The position numbers were made by a program, and so were the translations under genes. From Octopus vulgaris (Eukaryota): DNA of 64,000 nucleotides. The stretch lies in contig OX597835.1 of assembly GCA_951406725.2 (NCBI GenBank), positions 50,654,001-50,718,000 on the forward strand. The letters are read 5' to 3'. Shown one piece after another: positions 1-13,066 of this stretch. Numbering within the stretch: the stretch's first letter is position 1; each line of letters begins with the position of its first letter. The notes beneath the pieces were generated by a model. That model made no database searches. It was not told the origin of the DNA and was given only the letters and a program-made list of their open reading frames with translations.

Positions 1-1320
1 ATTTTGGTCAAGAAAATGTTCAGACTTTATGGCTTTGGACGAAAAATATGGCCCAGTTCTCTTGTTCCTAACTTTGTCTTGTGCAGAGTACTTTTGACCG
101 GATCTGCGTGAATTTTTGCAAAAGTTGAATGCGGATATACCAAATGTTGCTACAAAGCACACTAATGAGCTGTGTGTTGATGATGAACTGGCTGTTAGTG
201 AGCATTTCCACCATCGATTTGTCACTTTTATGAGAGAAGACATTAGACAAAAAACACAGTCCTTTTGGTCTGGTTGAGCACTTTTTTGGGAGATTGGAAT
301 ACCAGATGAGAGGTGCACCACACGTTCATATGAAATTGTGGATTAAAGATAGCTCAGTTATGGACAGAGACAATAAGAGTATAATTCAGACTTTTATACA
401 GTCCATGATCACTGGTTGTATTCCATCAAATGTGGAAAGTCCAGTTTTGTCAGACTTGGTGTCGCGTTTTCAACGACATGTCTGTAGTGGATCCTGCAGA
501 AAGCAGATTTATTCAAACAGTTGATTTTACACCCATGCAGATTTGGATTTCCATGTCCCAAGAGCATAAAGTCTCAGCACAAAGGCAGAACTGTCAAGAA
601 ACTTTACAAACTTGACAGATGACAAGGGGAAGTGTCCATTAATGACTATAACCCTCTTGTTCTGTATGTCTGGAAGGCGAATGTCAATATACAGTACATT
701 GAAGAGGATAACATGATTCTAAACTATGTTACTAGTTATCGGACAAGGCATTTGGGCTGAGATTGATAAATCCAAGTCCATTTATTCAAAGTATAAGAGT
801 GTCGGACATCAGTTGATGGGCAAGCACGAAACAGGCGCCTATGAAGTCACTGACAAACTGCTTGGCCACCATTTCTATGGGTGTTCTGAAAGCATTATTT
901 GGATTGGAGCGGACTTGCCCAGTTACTAATCGCATAGGTTCCGATCTCAGCATGAACTGGACCAACTGGAGCCAGAGTCCACTGATCTTTATTATGAGAA
1001 CATGGTGGAAACCTGGCATCCAAACAGATCCAATTCGATGGAGCCCGTGAGTTTGTCTGAGACTGCAAGTAAATATGAATGTGTGCCTCCAAACAAAGCC
1101 AGAAATGCTAATGAAGAAATGCGGTTGAGAAATAATCTTGGCCATTCTGTCAAAGAGCGAATTGTAAAGTCATCAAACATTAGACTGACTGCAGATACTT
1201 CGGAGCATTATTACCACAATCTGCTCCTGCTCTTCAAACGTTGGTGTGATGAGGAAAAAGACTTGCTCGGAGGTTGCAAGACTTATCAGGAGTTCTTTGA
1301 TCAGTGTGCCAAAGATTTAT
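1..1320 (+). mobile_element. Helitron/Helentron Rep (HUH replication initiator) remnant, frameshifted, truncated by the window edge
   Basis: Motif I-like GPVLLF/TLSCAEY (about 50-90), HUH motif EYQMRGAPHVH (ORF 294-524), FQRHVC..C, CRFGFP, INDYNPLVLYVWKANVNIQY (about 638-700), YVTSY, and later YYHNLLLLFKRW..E.DLLGGCKTYQE. All are typical of Helitron RepHel. Multiple stops and frameshifts; no helicase seen. Confidence 0.85.
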
Positions 1321-1429
1321 CTCTGAAATGGTCAGGTTCCAGAATGTGTGCAAATGTATGTAGGATGTGCTGGAACATGGTAAAAATATTCAGAGTGATC
1401 TTAATGATGACTATTTATCATTTGCTGCT

Positions 1430-1810
1430 GAAAATGTTAAACAAATATTCATCTTTGAGGAGAATACACTGCTCAAGTGCAATAGAAAACACGAGACCAA
1501 TTGCCCCAAATTACACAATAATTAGTGTGATTGCATTGACCAACAGCTGTGGCACTTTCACGAATATGACCAACCTCAAGTCTGATCTGACATTGCATCC
1601 TATTAGTGGTCAGCAACAGCTTAAGCGCTTGCTCAAAAATGAGGCTTCGATTATCAAGAGGTGCAGTTTGTGTGGCATTGACACCAAGCACACTGGTACA
1701 ACGAGCCATGTGTTCTTAAATACTATGCGTTACCTGGTTGTTTATTTGAACAGATTCAAATATATAGACAATCAGATGGTCAGGATTGATTCGGAATTGA
1801 TGAATTATCC
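1430..1810 (+). pseudogene. USP/peptidase C19-like (deubiquitinase) fragment adjacent to the Helitron Rep
   Basis: QIFIFEENTLLKC in an alternate frame, then DLTL...LKRLL...KRCSLCG...RYLVVYLNRFKY...VRID in ORF 1002-1988. This resembles the USP CxxC finger plus LxxxLKRF box. Catalytic Cys and His boxes not identified. Confidence 0.5.
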
Positions 1811-2458
1811 TCAGTGTGGCACACGTTGGCTAGTGTGGATTCCAGCCACTACCCACGCATCATTTGCAACCAGAACAGATGGCATTGACAATGCCATCTT
1901 TTCCAAGCAGTATCTAGCTTCCCTGTCTAAACTGCTTAACAACTACCTGCTGTTCTTGGAAAAATTAAATGAAATTGAATTGAATTGAAATGAAATTAAT
2001 TTTCATGGCCGATATAAAGCAACAAGCATTATTTGATGAATCACTTGCTTGGCGATCAGACAGGAAATGTGACAGATGTGATGAGCTATAACTTTTTATC
2101 TCTATATAGTGCTTTATTTGAATAGCTTGAGTGCATTTCTGAATTTATTAGAATATGAATCTGGTCCTGCCATTGAGGAATATTATCTCAGTGGTGAATG
2201 ACTGCCAATTTTTGACTTCTGGGAGGTTGTAGGTCGGATTTGCAGCTTGTATGGCGATTTTCGGTATAATATTGGAACGTCATGTCACTCGACTAGATTC
2301 TTGTTACCATTTTATCTCTCCATATGATAATAAACAAATAGGACACTTATTATCGATTTTATCGTACATTTTTTAATATTGTGACAGTCACACCATTTCA
2401 ATTGGTCAGCGTTCAGGTGTCAGTTTATTAGAGGTTGCCACACCTTTAGGAGAAATAC

Positions 2459-3560
2459 ATCATCATCGTTTAACATCTGCTTTTCATGCTGGCAATGGCT
2501 GGACGGTCTGGCTGACCAGGCTCCAATCTGATCAAGTAATATTTCTACAGCTGGATGCCCTTCCTAATGCCAACCACTCCAAGAGTGTAGTGGGTGCCTT
2601 TTATGTACCACCAGCACTGGGGCTAGTCAGGCAGCATTGGCAACAACCACGCTTGGATGGTGCTTTTTACATGCCACTGGCATGGGAGCCAGCCAGGCAG
2701 CACTGGCAATGATCATGCTCGAGTGGTGCTTTTTACGTGCTACCATCAAAGGACCAGTCAGGTGGCACTGGCATCAACCACGCTCGAATGGTACTTTTTA
2801 TGTGCCACTGGCACAAGTGCCAATCAGGCAGTACTGTCATCAGCCATGACAACAGGTCTTTGCAAGCACAGTTTATTGTCCAATGATTGAAGGGTACTCT
2901 TAAATGGGCTGGTTATGCTGCACTGGCATAGGCCATAGTTATGGTCTCACTTGGCTTGCCAGGCCTCAAGCACAGCATATCTCCAAAATTCTTGGTCACT
3001 TGTCATTGCTTCGGTCGGATCTAACAGTCAAAGGTCATACTTCAACACCTCATCCCAGGTCTTCCTGAGTCTGCCTTTTCCACAAGTTCCTTCAACTGTT
3101 AGGGTGTGATACTTTTCATACAGCTGTCCTCATCCATATGCAACGCATGATTATACCAGCGCAGTCGTTTCTCTTGCACACCATATCTGATGCTTCTTGT
3201 GTCCAACTTTTCTCTCAGGGTGCTTACATGTTTGCACACTAACATTACACATCCAGCAGAGCATACTAGCTTCATTGCTTGCAAGTCCTCAGCAGTCACG
3301 GTCCATGTTTCACTGCTATGTAGTATGGCTGTTTGCACACATGCATCATACAGCATACCTTTTACTCTGACCGAGAAGCCCTTTGTCACCAGCAGAGGTA
3401 GGAGCTCTCTGAACTTTGCCCAGGCTATTCTTATTCTAGCAGCTACACTCTCAGAGCAACCACCCCCACTACTGACTTAGTCACCTAGGTAACGGAAGTT
3501 ATCAACTACTTGTAGAATGTGATGGAAGCCGTTTTCTGCACATTTTCAGTTTTTATTGCT
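2459..3560 (-). mobile_element. RTE-clade LINE 3' fragment (RT C-terminus plus 3' UTR with tandem hairpin repeats and (GAT)n tail)
   Basis: ORF 3099-3389 KGFSVRVKGMLYDACVQTAILHSSETW...RLRWYNHA. The 3' UTR has repeated TGGCACRTAAAAAGCACC units and the AGGAAGGGCATCCAGCTGTAGAAA...GATGATG terminus. Confidence 0.85.
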
Positions 3561-3635
3561 CTTGAGCATTTGACACACATAAAAATACATAACATATATA
3601 AAATATTACAAGTGTTGCCTTAAAAAGTACAAAAT

Positions 3636-4406
3636 TAGAATTGAAACAATGCGCATGTTCAAAAGGATTATAGACTGTCATAATAAACCTTAAAAAGTAT
3701 GGGACTAGCATTGTTACTCAAAAATACTGGAATCACTATATGTTGTACATTCTGTGGCATCCTTTTATCACAAGAAATTTGTTTAGTTCATTGAAATTAA
3801 GTTGTATTAAAAATGAATCAAGTTAAATTATCGTATACTCAGTTTTAACAAAACAATGGTGTACAAATACTAATGTCATCTTTATGCACTAATTCAATCT
3901 ATGAATGATATTTTTTATAAATTTACAAGTAACCAATCAAAAATAATTTAGTAATAATTTGTTTGATTCGCATAACTATTTCATTAATATGTGTATCATA
4001 AAGCGAATTATCTTTGCTTATAATTATTTTGGTTTTGTACTTTTGCTGTTATATAGATTCGATTTCATCATAAATCCATTTTTTGTTTTTTTTCTATTAT
4101 CATGGTAATTTCCATACAGTGTGAAATATGCTTTTTATATATTTTAGTATGAAGAATATTATAATGAATTCACTTATTTGAAGTTAAAGATTAAATTTTG
4201 AACATTTTCAAATTTTTATACTAAGAACTCGGTTTAATAATTATCGTGACATTGTAATTCACGAGTCTCTTTTTGTCTTAAAACGCCACAAAATGTACAA
4301 CATACAGTGATTCCAATATTTTTGAGCAACAATGCTAGTCCCATACTTTTTAAGGTTTATTATGACAGTCTGTAACCCTTTTGAGTGTACACATTTTTCA
4401 ATTCTA

Positions 4407-4407
<1 letters not shown>
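3636..4407. repeat. Inverted repeat pair (about 125-bp arms at 3636-3762 and 4282-4407) next to a (TA)n tract
   Basis: tagaattgaaa...cataataaaccttaaaaagtatgggactagcattgtt...gtggc is the reverse complement of gccacaaaatgtacaac...aacaatgctagtcccatactttttaaggtttattatg...tttcaattcta. Confidence 0.85.
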
Positions 4408-4441
<34 letters not shown>

Positions 4442-4924
4442 ATGGGGTTTTATAGTATGTGATGTGAGTGTTTGTGGTACAAAATGGTGTGTGTGTGTGT
4501 GCACACACATGCAAAACATTGAGTGTGTGTATATGCATACAAAGTGTATGGTGTGTATGTGCATGCAAAGTGTATGTAGGAATTTGTTGCATGCCCAATA
4601 CAAATTTACATGAATAACAAAACAGATGAAGAGAGGGAAAGGGATTCTCCAATGTTTCTTTGTAATTTTTTCATTTCAATAAATGAGTTTTGTTATTAAG
4701 AGAGAGATGGGTGAGAGAGCAAGTAATATATAATCTAAGCAAAAATATGTGGACCAAGGTTAGAGGATGTATTGTATAACGTAAACATTAGAGGTGTGGA
4801 GGTACAGAAGTATCAGCCAGTGCAAAATAATCAAATCTTAGACAAAAATCACCAAAATATTTCACTGATCCTTGACATTGATGTTGGTGCCTGAGCCCTT
4901 ATCATTTTTATCATCATCATTTAA

Positions 4925-5050
4925 TACATTATTTACATCTGACGGATATTTGTCCTCATCTTGTTTGTTGTTAACACAATGTTTCGGATGAGGACAAATA
5001 GCTGTCAGATGTAAATAATGTACATAATTCCTCATCTCTTAAATATAGAA
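4925..5050. repeat. Short fold-back insertion (36-bp arms) with half a hammerhead motif, Penelope-like terminus
   Basis: tacattatttacatctgacggatatttgtcctcatc (4925-4960) is inverted at 4987-5022. The loop carries gtttcgg (CCGAAAC on the minus strand). It is flanked by duplicated tcatttaat and interrupts an RTE-type tail. Confidence 0.6.
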
Positions 5051-5949
5051 AATCTTCATTTAATGTCTGGTCAAACCATCAAACCCATGCTGGCACAGGT
5101 TAGATGGTTTGACCAGAGCTGGTAAGCTGGAGAGTTGCATCAGGCTCTAGTTGTCTGTTTACAGCTGGATACTCTTCCTAATGCAAACCATTTTACAGAG
5201 TGTGGACTGGGTGCCTCTCGTGTCACTGGCATGGGTGCACATTTATAAAAACCTCTATTTGTCATTTGCAAGCCGGGAAAGCTTAGTACCATGCTTTTGC
5301 TAACTGCTTTAGGTGCCTATGTGATCATAAGCAGACACAGCCATCTTCTTGACCCTTCTTACTATTGACTCAGTGGAACAAGCAGGGTGTGGCAAATGGG
5401 ATGGAAGAGGACTGCACCAGCAGTCGGCTAGTTCTCAGTTCAGCTTAATAGACTGGACCAACATGTTGCCCAATCCAGAAATTGAACTCATGACTTCACA
5501 ATCATGAGCCCAACACCCTAACCATCAGGCCATCCTATCCATTTTAAATTGTACTCATCCAAAATTAAAAACTTCCATCATAATTTTATCCAACAAAACC
5601 TTTTGTTGAGTTTTATTTCAAACACTAATTTAATTAAAATTTATCATATTACTAAACCCCTTCAATTTTTTTTTTTTTTTTTTGATATTTTCAACATTTA
5701 TTGAAATATGCAGATAAAGCATTACATTAAAAATATGGTAACAAGGAGGGTCTTTCCCCCACTTGAGTCTAGAGCAGCAGTTCTCAATTGTGACCTCCAG
5801 AGCTATATGCAATCCTCAAGTATCCTCTCAGCAGCCACCCCACCACCGACAGCCTTCCCTCTACAAATATAATTTTTTCTTTGACTTGTGTTTTACTTTT
5901 CTTGGTGCAGCCTCCTAAAAATCTAGGTCTTGGATCTGGCCCGGATATT

Positions 5950-6160
5950 ACAAAGGTTGAGAACTACTGGTCAAGAGGGAAGGAAACTGCTCATGACCTT
6001 TGCAGGATCTCTGTGATTGATGAAATTTAAGATGTTGCAGGTCAACATTTGCAGGAAAGACATGAGTGGAGAAGATTCCAGAAGACCAATGTTCTGAAGA
6101 GGAAGGATTGAGTACAGTAGTCAGAGCAGAGTTGGGGAGATAGGATGTAACAAGAGATTT
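5950..6160 (-). mobile_element. LINE (CR1/Jockey-group) extreme 3' fragment
   Basis: Minus-strand translation across a frameshift gives YCTQSFLFRTLVFWNLLHS/VFPANVDLQHLK, matching the SFFxRTxxxWNxLP...FK ORF2 C-terminus. Confidence 0.6.
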
Positions 6161-6379
6161 AAGAACCTTTTGTAATGAAAAATATAAAGAATGTAAATTA
6201 TGTGGAAGAGAAGATGCTTTACTTTCTGTTTTCAATGTACCTATATAACTGTTTATACTGGGGTTAGTTCTCATAGATAAAAAAAACCCTACACTGAAAG
6301 GTGCTCCAGCTTTGACCATTAAATCTTGATATACTGGGAACTACATTGTCCAATATGCCTTCATTTTTTAAACCAATAT

Positions 6380-7645
6380 ATAAGGGTAGCTGAAAAGTTC
6401 ATAGGCTGACTATGGAGGTATGATGCTAGACTGGAGCCATGAAATTTTGCATGCAGTAATTTCAACTCTTTTTCATAACTGCATGGTTTCTCTCAAGGTC
6501 AACTGATAGCTGACTGTTCAATGAAGACTGCTAAAGTAACTAGTAGTAACGTCTCTTGAAATTCGACAAAATTTGACATCATGGTATTATCAAGTAACTA
6601 CAGAAAAAGGATTTAACCATAAAAGACATTCATGCTGGTAAGGTTACTACATTAAGGGGCTGACACTTCAGCTTTATCAACAATGCAAAAGTGGGTAGTC
6701 GGATTTAGGAGGGGAAGGGAGATTCTTGAAGATCACCCCAGGTCCAGACATCCTACAACTACCATCATCGAGGAAAACGTTGTCTGCATTCACTACATGC
6801 TGACGGATGACAGGCAATTGACTATAAATCAAATAGCCAACGCTATAAAAGTATCCCATTAGAGATGAGAATATTCTGCACAATGGACTTGGCATGACAA
6901 TGGTTTCTACTTGGTGGGAGCCACATTGTCTAACACCTGATCAAAAGCACACAATGATGATCACATCACAGGAAAATCTGACATTGTTTCAGTCAAATCC
7001 AGCTGGTTTACTTGAGCATTTCCTAAGTCAGGATGAGTGTTGGTTTCATCACTTTGAGCCAAAGACAAATTAATAATGTATGCTGTGGAAGCACCTCCTT
7101 CTCACCTGCTCCAAAAAAAGCCAAGATTGTTTCATCTGCAAGGAAGGTGATAGATTCAGTTTTTGTGATGCGAAAAGCATTGGTTATTGATAGTCAATAA
7201 ACTATCTTCAAAAGAGACACACTATCAATGGAGGGTACTATACCAACTTGCTGGGGTAGTCACAAAAGGCTATCAAGACCAAATGCCCAGGAAAATTGAC
7301 AAAAGGGGGTCTTGATTCATCAGGACAATGCTTCAGAAAACAAGTTCTTGCTTTCAGTGGCTGTTACACATGACAACTGTGGCTTTGAACCCTAACCCGT
7401 TTCTCCTGATTTGGCCCCATCTCACAATCATCTATTTTCTCCAACATAATAAAACACTTGGCTGGGAACCAGTATTGCGGTGTTGATGACGTCATGTCTA
7501 CTGTTGATCACTTTTTGACCAACAGGACAAATGCTTCTTCACTAATGAGATCCAAGCAATGCGACACCAATAGAAGAAGGACTGCAAGGGTGACTATGTT
7601 GAAAAATAAACGACATTCAGCCACATTCCATGAGAGTATCTTTGT
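6380..7645 (+). mobile_element. Mariner transposon remnant
   Basis: Left end aagggtagctgaaaagttcataggctgac. Degenerate transposase includes WWEPHCLTPDQK, FLSQDECWFHHFEP, HQDNAS and SPDLAPS. A second copy of the same left end lies at about 53056-53175. Confidence 0.85.
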
Positions 7646-9255
7646 ATCTATAATATCTTGGTTATGATATAGCAATAACTATTTATTTATTTTTTCGTTA
7701 GCTTGTTTTGCTTTGTTTTCTGTTTGCCTTTTGTTCTTTTAGATGTCTAAAACCTGAGCAGAGATGTTAAGATTATAATTTTCAGGATAATTAACCTTAA
7801 CTTAAGTTATTATATTTCTATGAAAGATTGCTTGCTTATGTAATTAATGTAAAAAGATAAATAAATAGGATATACTTTCATATCTAAGGTTAATAGTCCA
7901 AAAAAAAAAAAAAAGTAATATCTTACATGATTTTAGTTTGTAGTAAAATATACAAACAAGATTCAGTACAAGTCAGTGACCTTTCCCATTAAAACAAACC
8001 ATAAACTAACTTGTTTCGCTCGGCACTTGAATTCACTTCAACCATATTTGACACTGCTGTCAACTTACATATCTCAGTCACTATCAACAATCTCCACCAG
8101 TCCATCTTTATCTACTACAACCTTATCTCTCATTCTTGTCACAACTATTCTTTCCTTCACACTATTGCTATCTCGTTCTCTTAAATGTTTCAGCTTTACT
8201 GGCTATGCAGCACTGGTTCAAGTATCAACTCCAAATCTAAAGAGATGAGGTGGTTTTTAAATTGAGGGAAACACTGACTGGTTGTAGATCCTGTATTCCA
8301 GATGTACCACAGCTCTCTTACCCTCAAAGCATACACACCTACATACATAACCATTTTCTGACAATATCGTCATCATCATCATTACTGTTTTAACATCCAT
8401 TTTTCCATACTTGCATGGGATGTACAAAGTTTATTGAGACAGATTTTCTATGGTTGGATGCCTTTCCTGCCACCAGCCTTCACCCGTTTCCAAGTGAGGT
8501 AATATTTCCCCGTAGCCAGACATATACGGAATATTAGAAACTAGCTGACGTACCCAGTAATTCTTGGAAACGCAGGGCTTATCCCTTGGTTCCGTTCTCA
8601 TAATTGTTACACTAATCTAATGACAACAAAACAAAGTATGTAGCCCTTAAAACAGTTTTTGTGCATTTACATAGAATACCAAACTGTCTTACACAGGATC
8701 TTGTTTTTAGAAATTCCGCAATAAGTTATGAATACCCAAATTGTGAAGTCAATTATGTAATAACATGAAATTAGTTACCCAATAGTTAAAATTCAAGTAA
8801 AGTAGCTCTGAAAAGGGCTTTAATGCATTCCCAGAGTATACAGAACTTAAGAGGAAATACTAATAAGGTATGTATACTAAAATCGTGAAGCATGTTACGT
8901 AATAACAGGCTAATCAGATACGAGATAATAACAATTCAAAGTAAATAACTCTGAAAAGGGCTTTTGTGCGTTCCCAGAGAATATTTCCCTCAGCGGTGTT
9001 AGTGTTGGTATATTCGTGAATAAGTCATTAACCGAAATAAGTGCATCTATTGTTTAGGAAAATACTATTTACTTGTTTAAGGGCTGTACTGGATAAATTG
9101 CGAAAATAACTAGTAGTTCAAATACTAAGAAATAAGCATACTCAATTTGATTTATACCAAATAATTTAGAAAATAAATGGGTTATTTCCCTTGACTGTTA
9201 AAATATGGGCGAATGGATTACTTCTCTTGGCTGTTAAAATGAAATATATTAGATA

Positions 9256-11033
9256 CAGGAGTCAGACAAAATTATGGAAACACCTAGTATCATAATTTTG
9301 AAATTTCTATAAAACTGTCAAAAGCTTGTTTATTTTTATGTTTATTGATTTATTATTAGAGAAGACCCGGCAAGCCAAATGAGACCATAACCTGTGGCCT
9401 ATGCCAGGAGCGTAACCAGCCCGCTTATGCGTACCTTTTCCTTCTTTGGTCACTAAACTCTGCTTGCGAAGACCTGTTGAGGCAAGTGAAATCAAAATCA
9501 AATTCAATGACTGGCATCCATGCTAGCGGGGTGCAAAGAGCACCATAGGAGTGTGATCGTTTGACAGAGTGGCTAACCGGCTTCCGTGCCAGTGGCACAT
9601 AAAAGAGCACCATTCGAGTGTGATCATTACCAGCGTCGCCTTACTGGCACTTGTGCCTGTGCTAGTAGGGTGCCAAGAGCACCATCTGAGCATGATCGTT
9701 GCCAAAGCAGCCAACTGGCTTCCGTGCCGGTGGCATGTAAAAGGGCACCATTCGAACGTGATTGTTACCAGCATCGCCTTACTGGCACCTGTGCCAGTGT
9801 CATGTGTAAAAAGATTCGAGCGAGGTCATTGCTAGTACCGCCTGACTGGCCCCCGTGTCGTGGAACGTAAAAGGGCACCATTTGAGCGTGATTGTTACCA
9901 ACGTCTCCTGACAGGCCCCCATGCCGGTGGCACGTAAAAAGCACCCACTGCACTCTCGGAGTGGTTGATGTTAGGAAGGGCATCTAGCTGTAGAAACTCT
10001 GCCAGATCAAGATTGGAGCCTGGTGCAGCCATCTGGTTCACCAGCCCACAATCAAACTGTCCAACCCATGCTAGCATGGAAAACGGATGTTAAACGATGA
10101 TGATGATGTTGCTTAATATGTTTTGATAAAATTGCTGTTTCTTTTCAGATATCATTAGAAAAAGGTAATTAAAATTCATTAAAATGACAGATCTATCAGA
10201 CTTTCAAAGAGGTCAAATTGTTGGTGCTCGTATAGCAGGTGTTAGCGTAACGAAAACGGCCAAAATGTTTGGTGTATCAAGAAGTACTGTCTCATAAGTA
10301 ATGACAGCCTTTAATCAGAAAACCACTACTTTCAAAAACAAATGTTGTGGGGTAAAAACCTACAGAATTGGTCCCTAGAGCAGTGGAAGAAAGTTATTTT
10401 CTCAGACAAGTCATCTTTTACCTTATTTCCGACCACCAGCTGAGTATATGTGTAGAGACAGCCAAAAGAAGCATTTGACCCAGACTGCCTTCTTCCAACT
10501 GTTATACATGGAGGAGGATCTGTGATGATCTGGAGGGCTATATCTTGGAAATCTGCCAGTCCAATGATTTCCCTTCATGGCAGAATTGATAGTCAAGACT
10601 ATTTAAGTATTTTACCTGATCCAATTCATGCTATGGTTGTGGAACTGTTTCCAGAGGGAAATGCAATCTTTCAGGATGATAATGCACCAATTCACACAGT
10701 TAAAGTTGTTACTGAATGGCACAAGGAACATTCTAGTGAAGTTCAACATCTTATCTGGCCACCACAGTCCCCATATCTCAATATTATTGAACATTTATGG
10801 TGCATTTAGAGAAACAAGTAACAAGTCGATATCCTCCACCATCATCACTACAAGAACTGGAGACTGTTTTAGCTGAAGAATGTACAAAAATTCCTTTGGA
10901 GACTATTCAAACTTTGTATGAGTCCATACCTCATAGAATTCAAACAGTAATTACTGCCAAAGGCAGTCCTACCCATATTAAAATAAATTTGTTTGAAATT
11001 TTAAGGTGTTTCCATTATTTTGTCCAGCCCCTG
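9256..11033 (+). mobile_element. Tc1 (DD34E-type) transposon, internally deleted
   Basis: TIRs caggagtcagacaaaattatggaaacacct / aggtgtttccattattttgtccagcccctg with a TA flank. Transposase MTDLSDFQRGQIVGAR (10183), WKKVIFSD, FQDDNAPIH, WPPQSPYLNIIEHLW. Confidence 0.92.
9356..10108 (+). mobile_element. RTE 3'-UTR insertion within the Tc1 element
   Basis: Same tandem GTGCCRGTGGCACRTAAAA units and ...ggatgttaaacgatgatgatg terminus as 2459-2900. Confidence 0.8.
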
Positions 11034-11034
11034 A

Positions 11035-11067
<33 letters not shown>

Positions 11068-11134
11068 CTAGCTTAAGGTGACCCGCTCTACACGCGGGTA
11101 AGAGTGTGGTTGTTACTTTCTGTTGCTTCCTTTC

Positions 11135-11441
11135 AGCACGTGAAAAGCACCATCCGAACGTGGCTGATTGCAGTGCCGCCTTGACTGGCTTCTGTGCCGG
11201 TGGCACGTAAAAAGCACCAACCGATTGTTGCCGCTGCGAGCCCCCCTGGCACCTGTGCCAGCGGCACAAAAAAAGCACCCACTACACTCACAGAGTGGTT
11301 GGCGTTAGGAAGGTCATCCACCTGTAGAAATACTGCCAGATCAGACTGGAGCCTGGTGTAGCCTCCTGGCTTCCCAGACTCCAGTCAAACTGTCCAACCC
11401 GTGCTAGCACGGAAAACGGATGTTAAACGATGATGATGATG
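11135..11441 (+). mobile_element. RTE 3' tail copy nested in Helitron B
   Basis: Tandem tggcacgtaaaaagcacc units plus the conserved terminus and (GAT)n. Confidence 0.8.
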
Positions 11442-11865
11442 ATTCTCCCTCTTTATTTCTCTCTCCTTTCTCTCTCACTTTCCCTCTCTCTTACTTTTCT
11501 TTTCTCTCGGACTCTCTCTCGCTTTCTCTTACTCTCTATCTTTATCTATCTCTCTCCAATTTATAAACAACAAAAGATCTTGTGTAAGTTGAGAAATAAA
11601 ATATTTAGAAAGATCAGTCATAAATATCAGGCAGTGGCAACGGAAAGGTCTGCTTCAAGGCAGACAGCAAAACACTAACATTTAAAAGGGACAGATGAAA
11701 TTGCGAGCTGAATAAAAATAATAAAATATTGGAAACCAAAGTTTGAAGGGATAGAATCTGAGGATAGTAGAGTCACCATGGCTGGCATTTCTTAACGACG
11801 GACAGCAATGTATTGACAGTTTAACGGCTGGCGTAAAATTTTGAACTTGATGTAAAAGAAAATTC

Positions 11866-12274
11866 GTAGGCCGTTGCCAGCCTCGACTGGCCCCCGTGCC
11901 AGTGGCACGTAAAAAGCACCACCCGACCGTGTCCGTTGCCAGCGCCGCCCCAACTGGCCTCCATGCTGGTGGCACGTAAAAAGGCACCATCCGATCGTGG
12001 CCGTTGTCAGCCTCGCCTGGTCCCCGTGCTGGTGGCACGTAAAAAGCACCATCCATTCGTGGCCGTTTGCCAGCCCCGTCTGGCACCTGTGTGGGTGGCA
12101 CGTAAAAAGCAGCCACTACACTCACGGAGTGGTTGGCGTTAGGAAGGGCATCCAGCTGTAAAAACACTGCCAGATCAGACTGGGCCTGGTGCAGCCTTCT
12201 GGCTTCCCAGACCCCAGTTGAACCGTCCAACCCATGCTAGCATGGAAAGCGGACGCTAAATGATGATGATGATG
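11866..12274 (+). mobile_element. RTE 3' tail copy nested in Helitron B
   Basis: Four hairpin repeat units plus the conserved terminus and (GAT)n. Confidence 0.8.
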
Positions 12275-12656
12275 ACCAAGTTTTGAAGTGATTCTTTCTC
12301 ACGACAGTAGACTCACCATGGCAAGCATTCAAAACTTCTTCATCATGGACGGCAACACATTGACGATTAAAAGGCTGGTGCAAATTTTTTAGCTTGATGT
12401 AACAAAGAATTCCTAAACACCCGCTCCTTTAAATTTTAATCCTTTCCAGCCCCATTTAGACCCCTTTTCACATTTTGGTTAATATAACCTGATTTCATTC
12501 GGGTCTACTGGGGCCACATTTTATAAGATGAGGAATTTTGTCCTAGAGGTCACGCCTTTCATTTGAGGAAAAAAATAGTTGACATGCAAACTTGCCAGCA
12601 CTTTTAACATAGGTGTGCATATTTTCAGCTCAACAGACCGACCACATAATTCACAC

Positions 12657-12693
<37 letters not shown>

Positions 12694-12809
12694 ATAAATA
12701 TTAGGGAATAAATCCAAATTTACAGGGGAAAATCAGATTTAGGATTGAATCCAATTTTATAGTAAAATATTATATCGTAGTGGTTATTTATAATTGTTAA
12801 ATTTTAATT

Positions 12810-12890
12810 TATATAAATTATTTTATGTATTGGCTTAAGTCTTTCTTTGTTTGATTTGCATAATAGTGGTTTTGTCTCTAATTTAATATA

Positions 12891-12926
<36 letters not shown>

Positions 12927-13066
12927 GTGTATGTGTATGTGAGTGCACGCATTATATATACACATGTATACAAATTATATATATATGTATAAATTAAATT
13001 AGAGATAAAACCACTAATAGGCAAATCAAACAGTGAAAAACCAAAAACATAAAAATAAAAATATAA
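12810..13066. repeat. AT-rich inverted repeat flanking a (TA)n/(TG)n microsatellite
   Basis: tgtttgatttgcataatagtggttttgtctctaatttaat (about 12848-12887) vs attaaattagagataaaaccactaataggcaaatcaaaca (about 12993-13032). Confidence 0.7.

Noticed and set aside
1002-1988. 328-aa ORF as an intact host gene
   Set aside because: It is a chimera of Helitron-derived and USP-like segments in shifting frames, with no splice or start context.
11866-12130. Repeat-spacer pattern of palindromic GTGCCRGTGGCAC units resembling CRISPR
   Set aside because: The intervening segments are homologous to each other and the array is part of a dispersed RTE 3' UTR.
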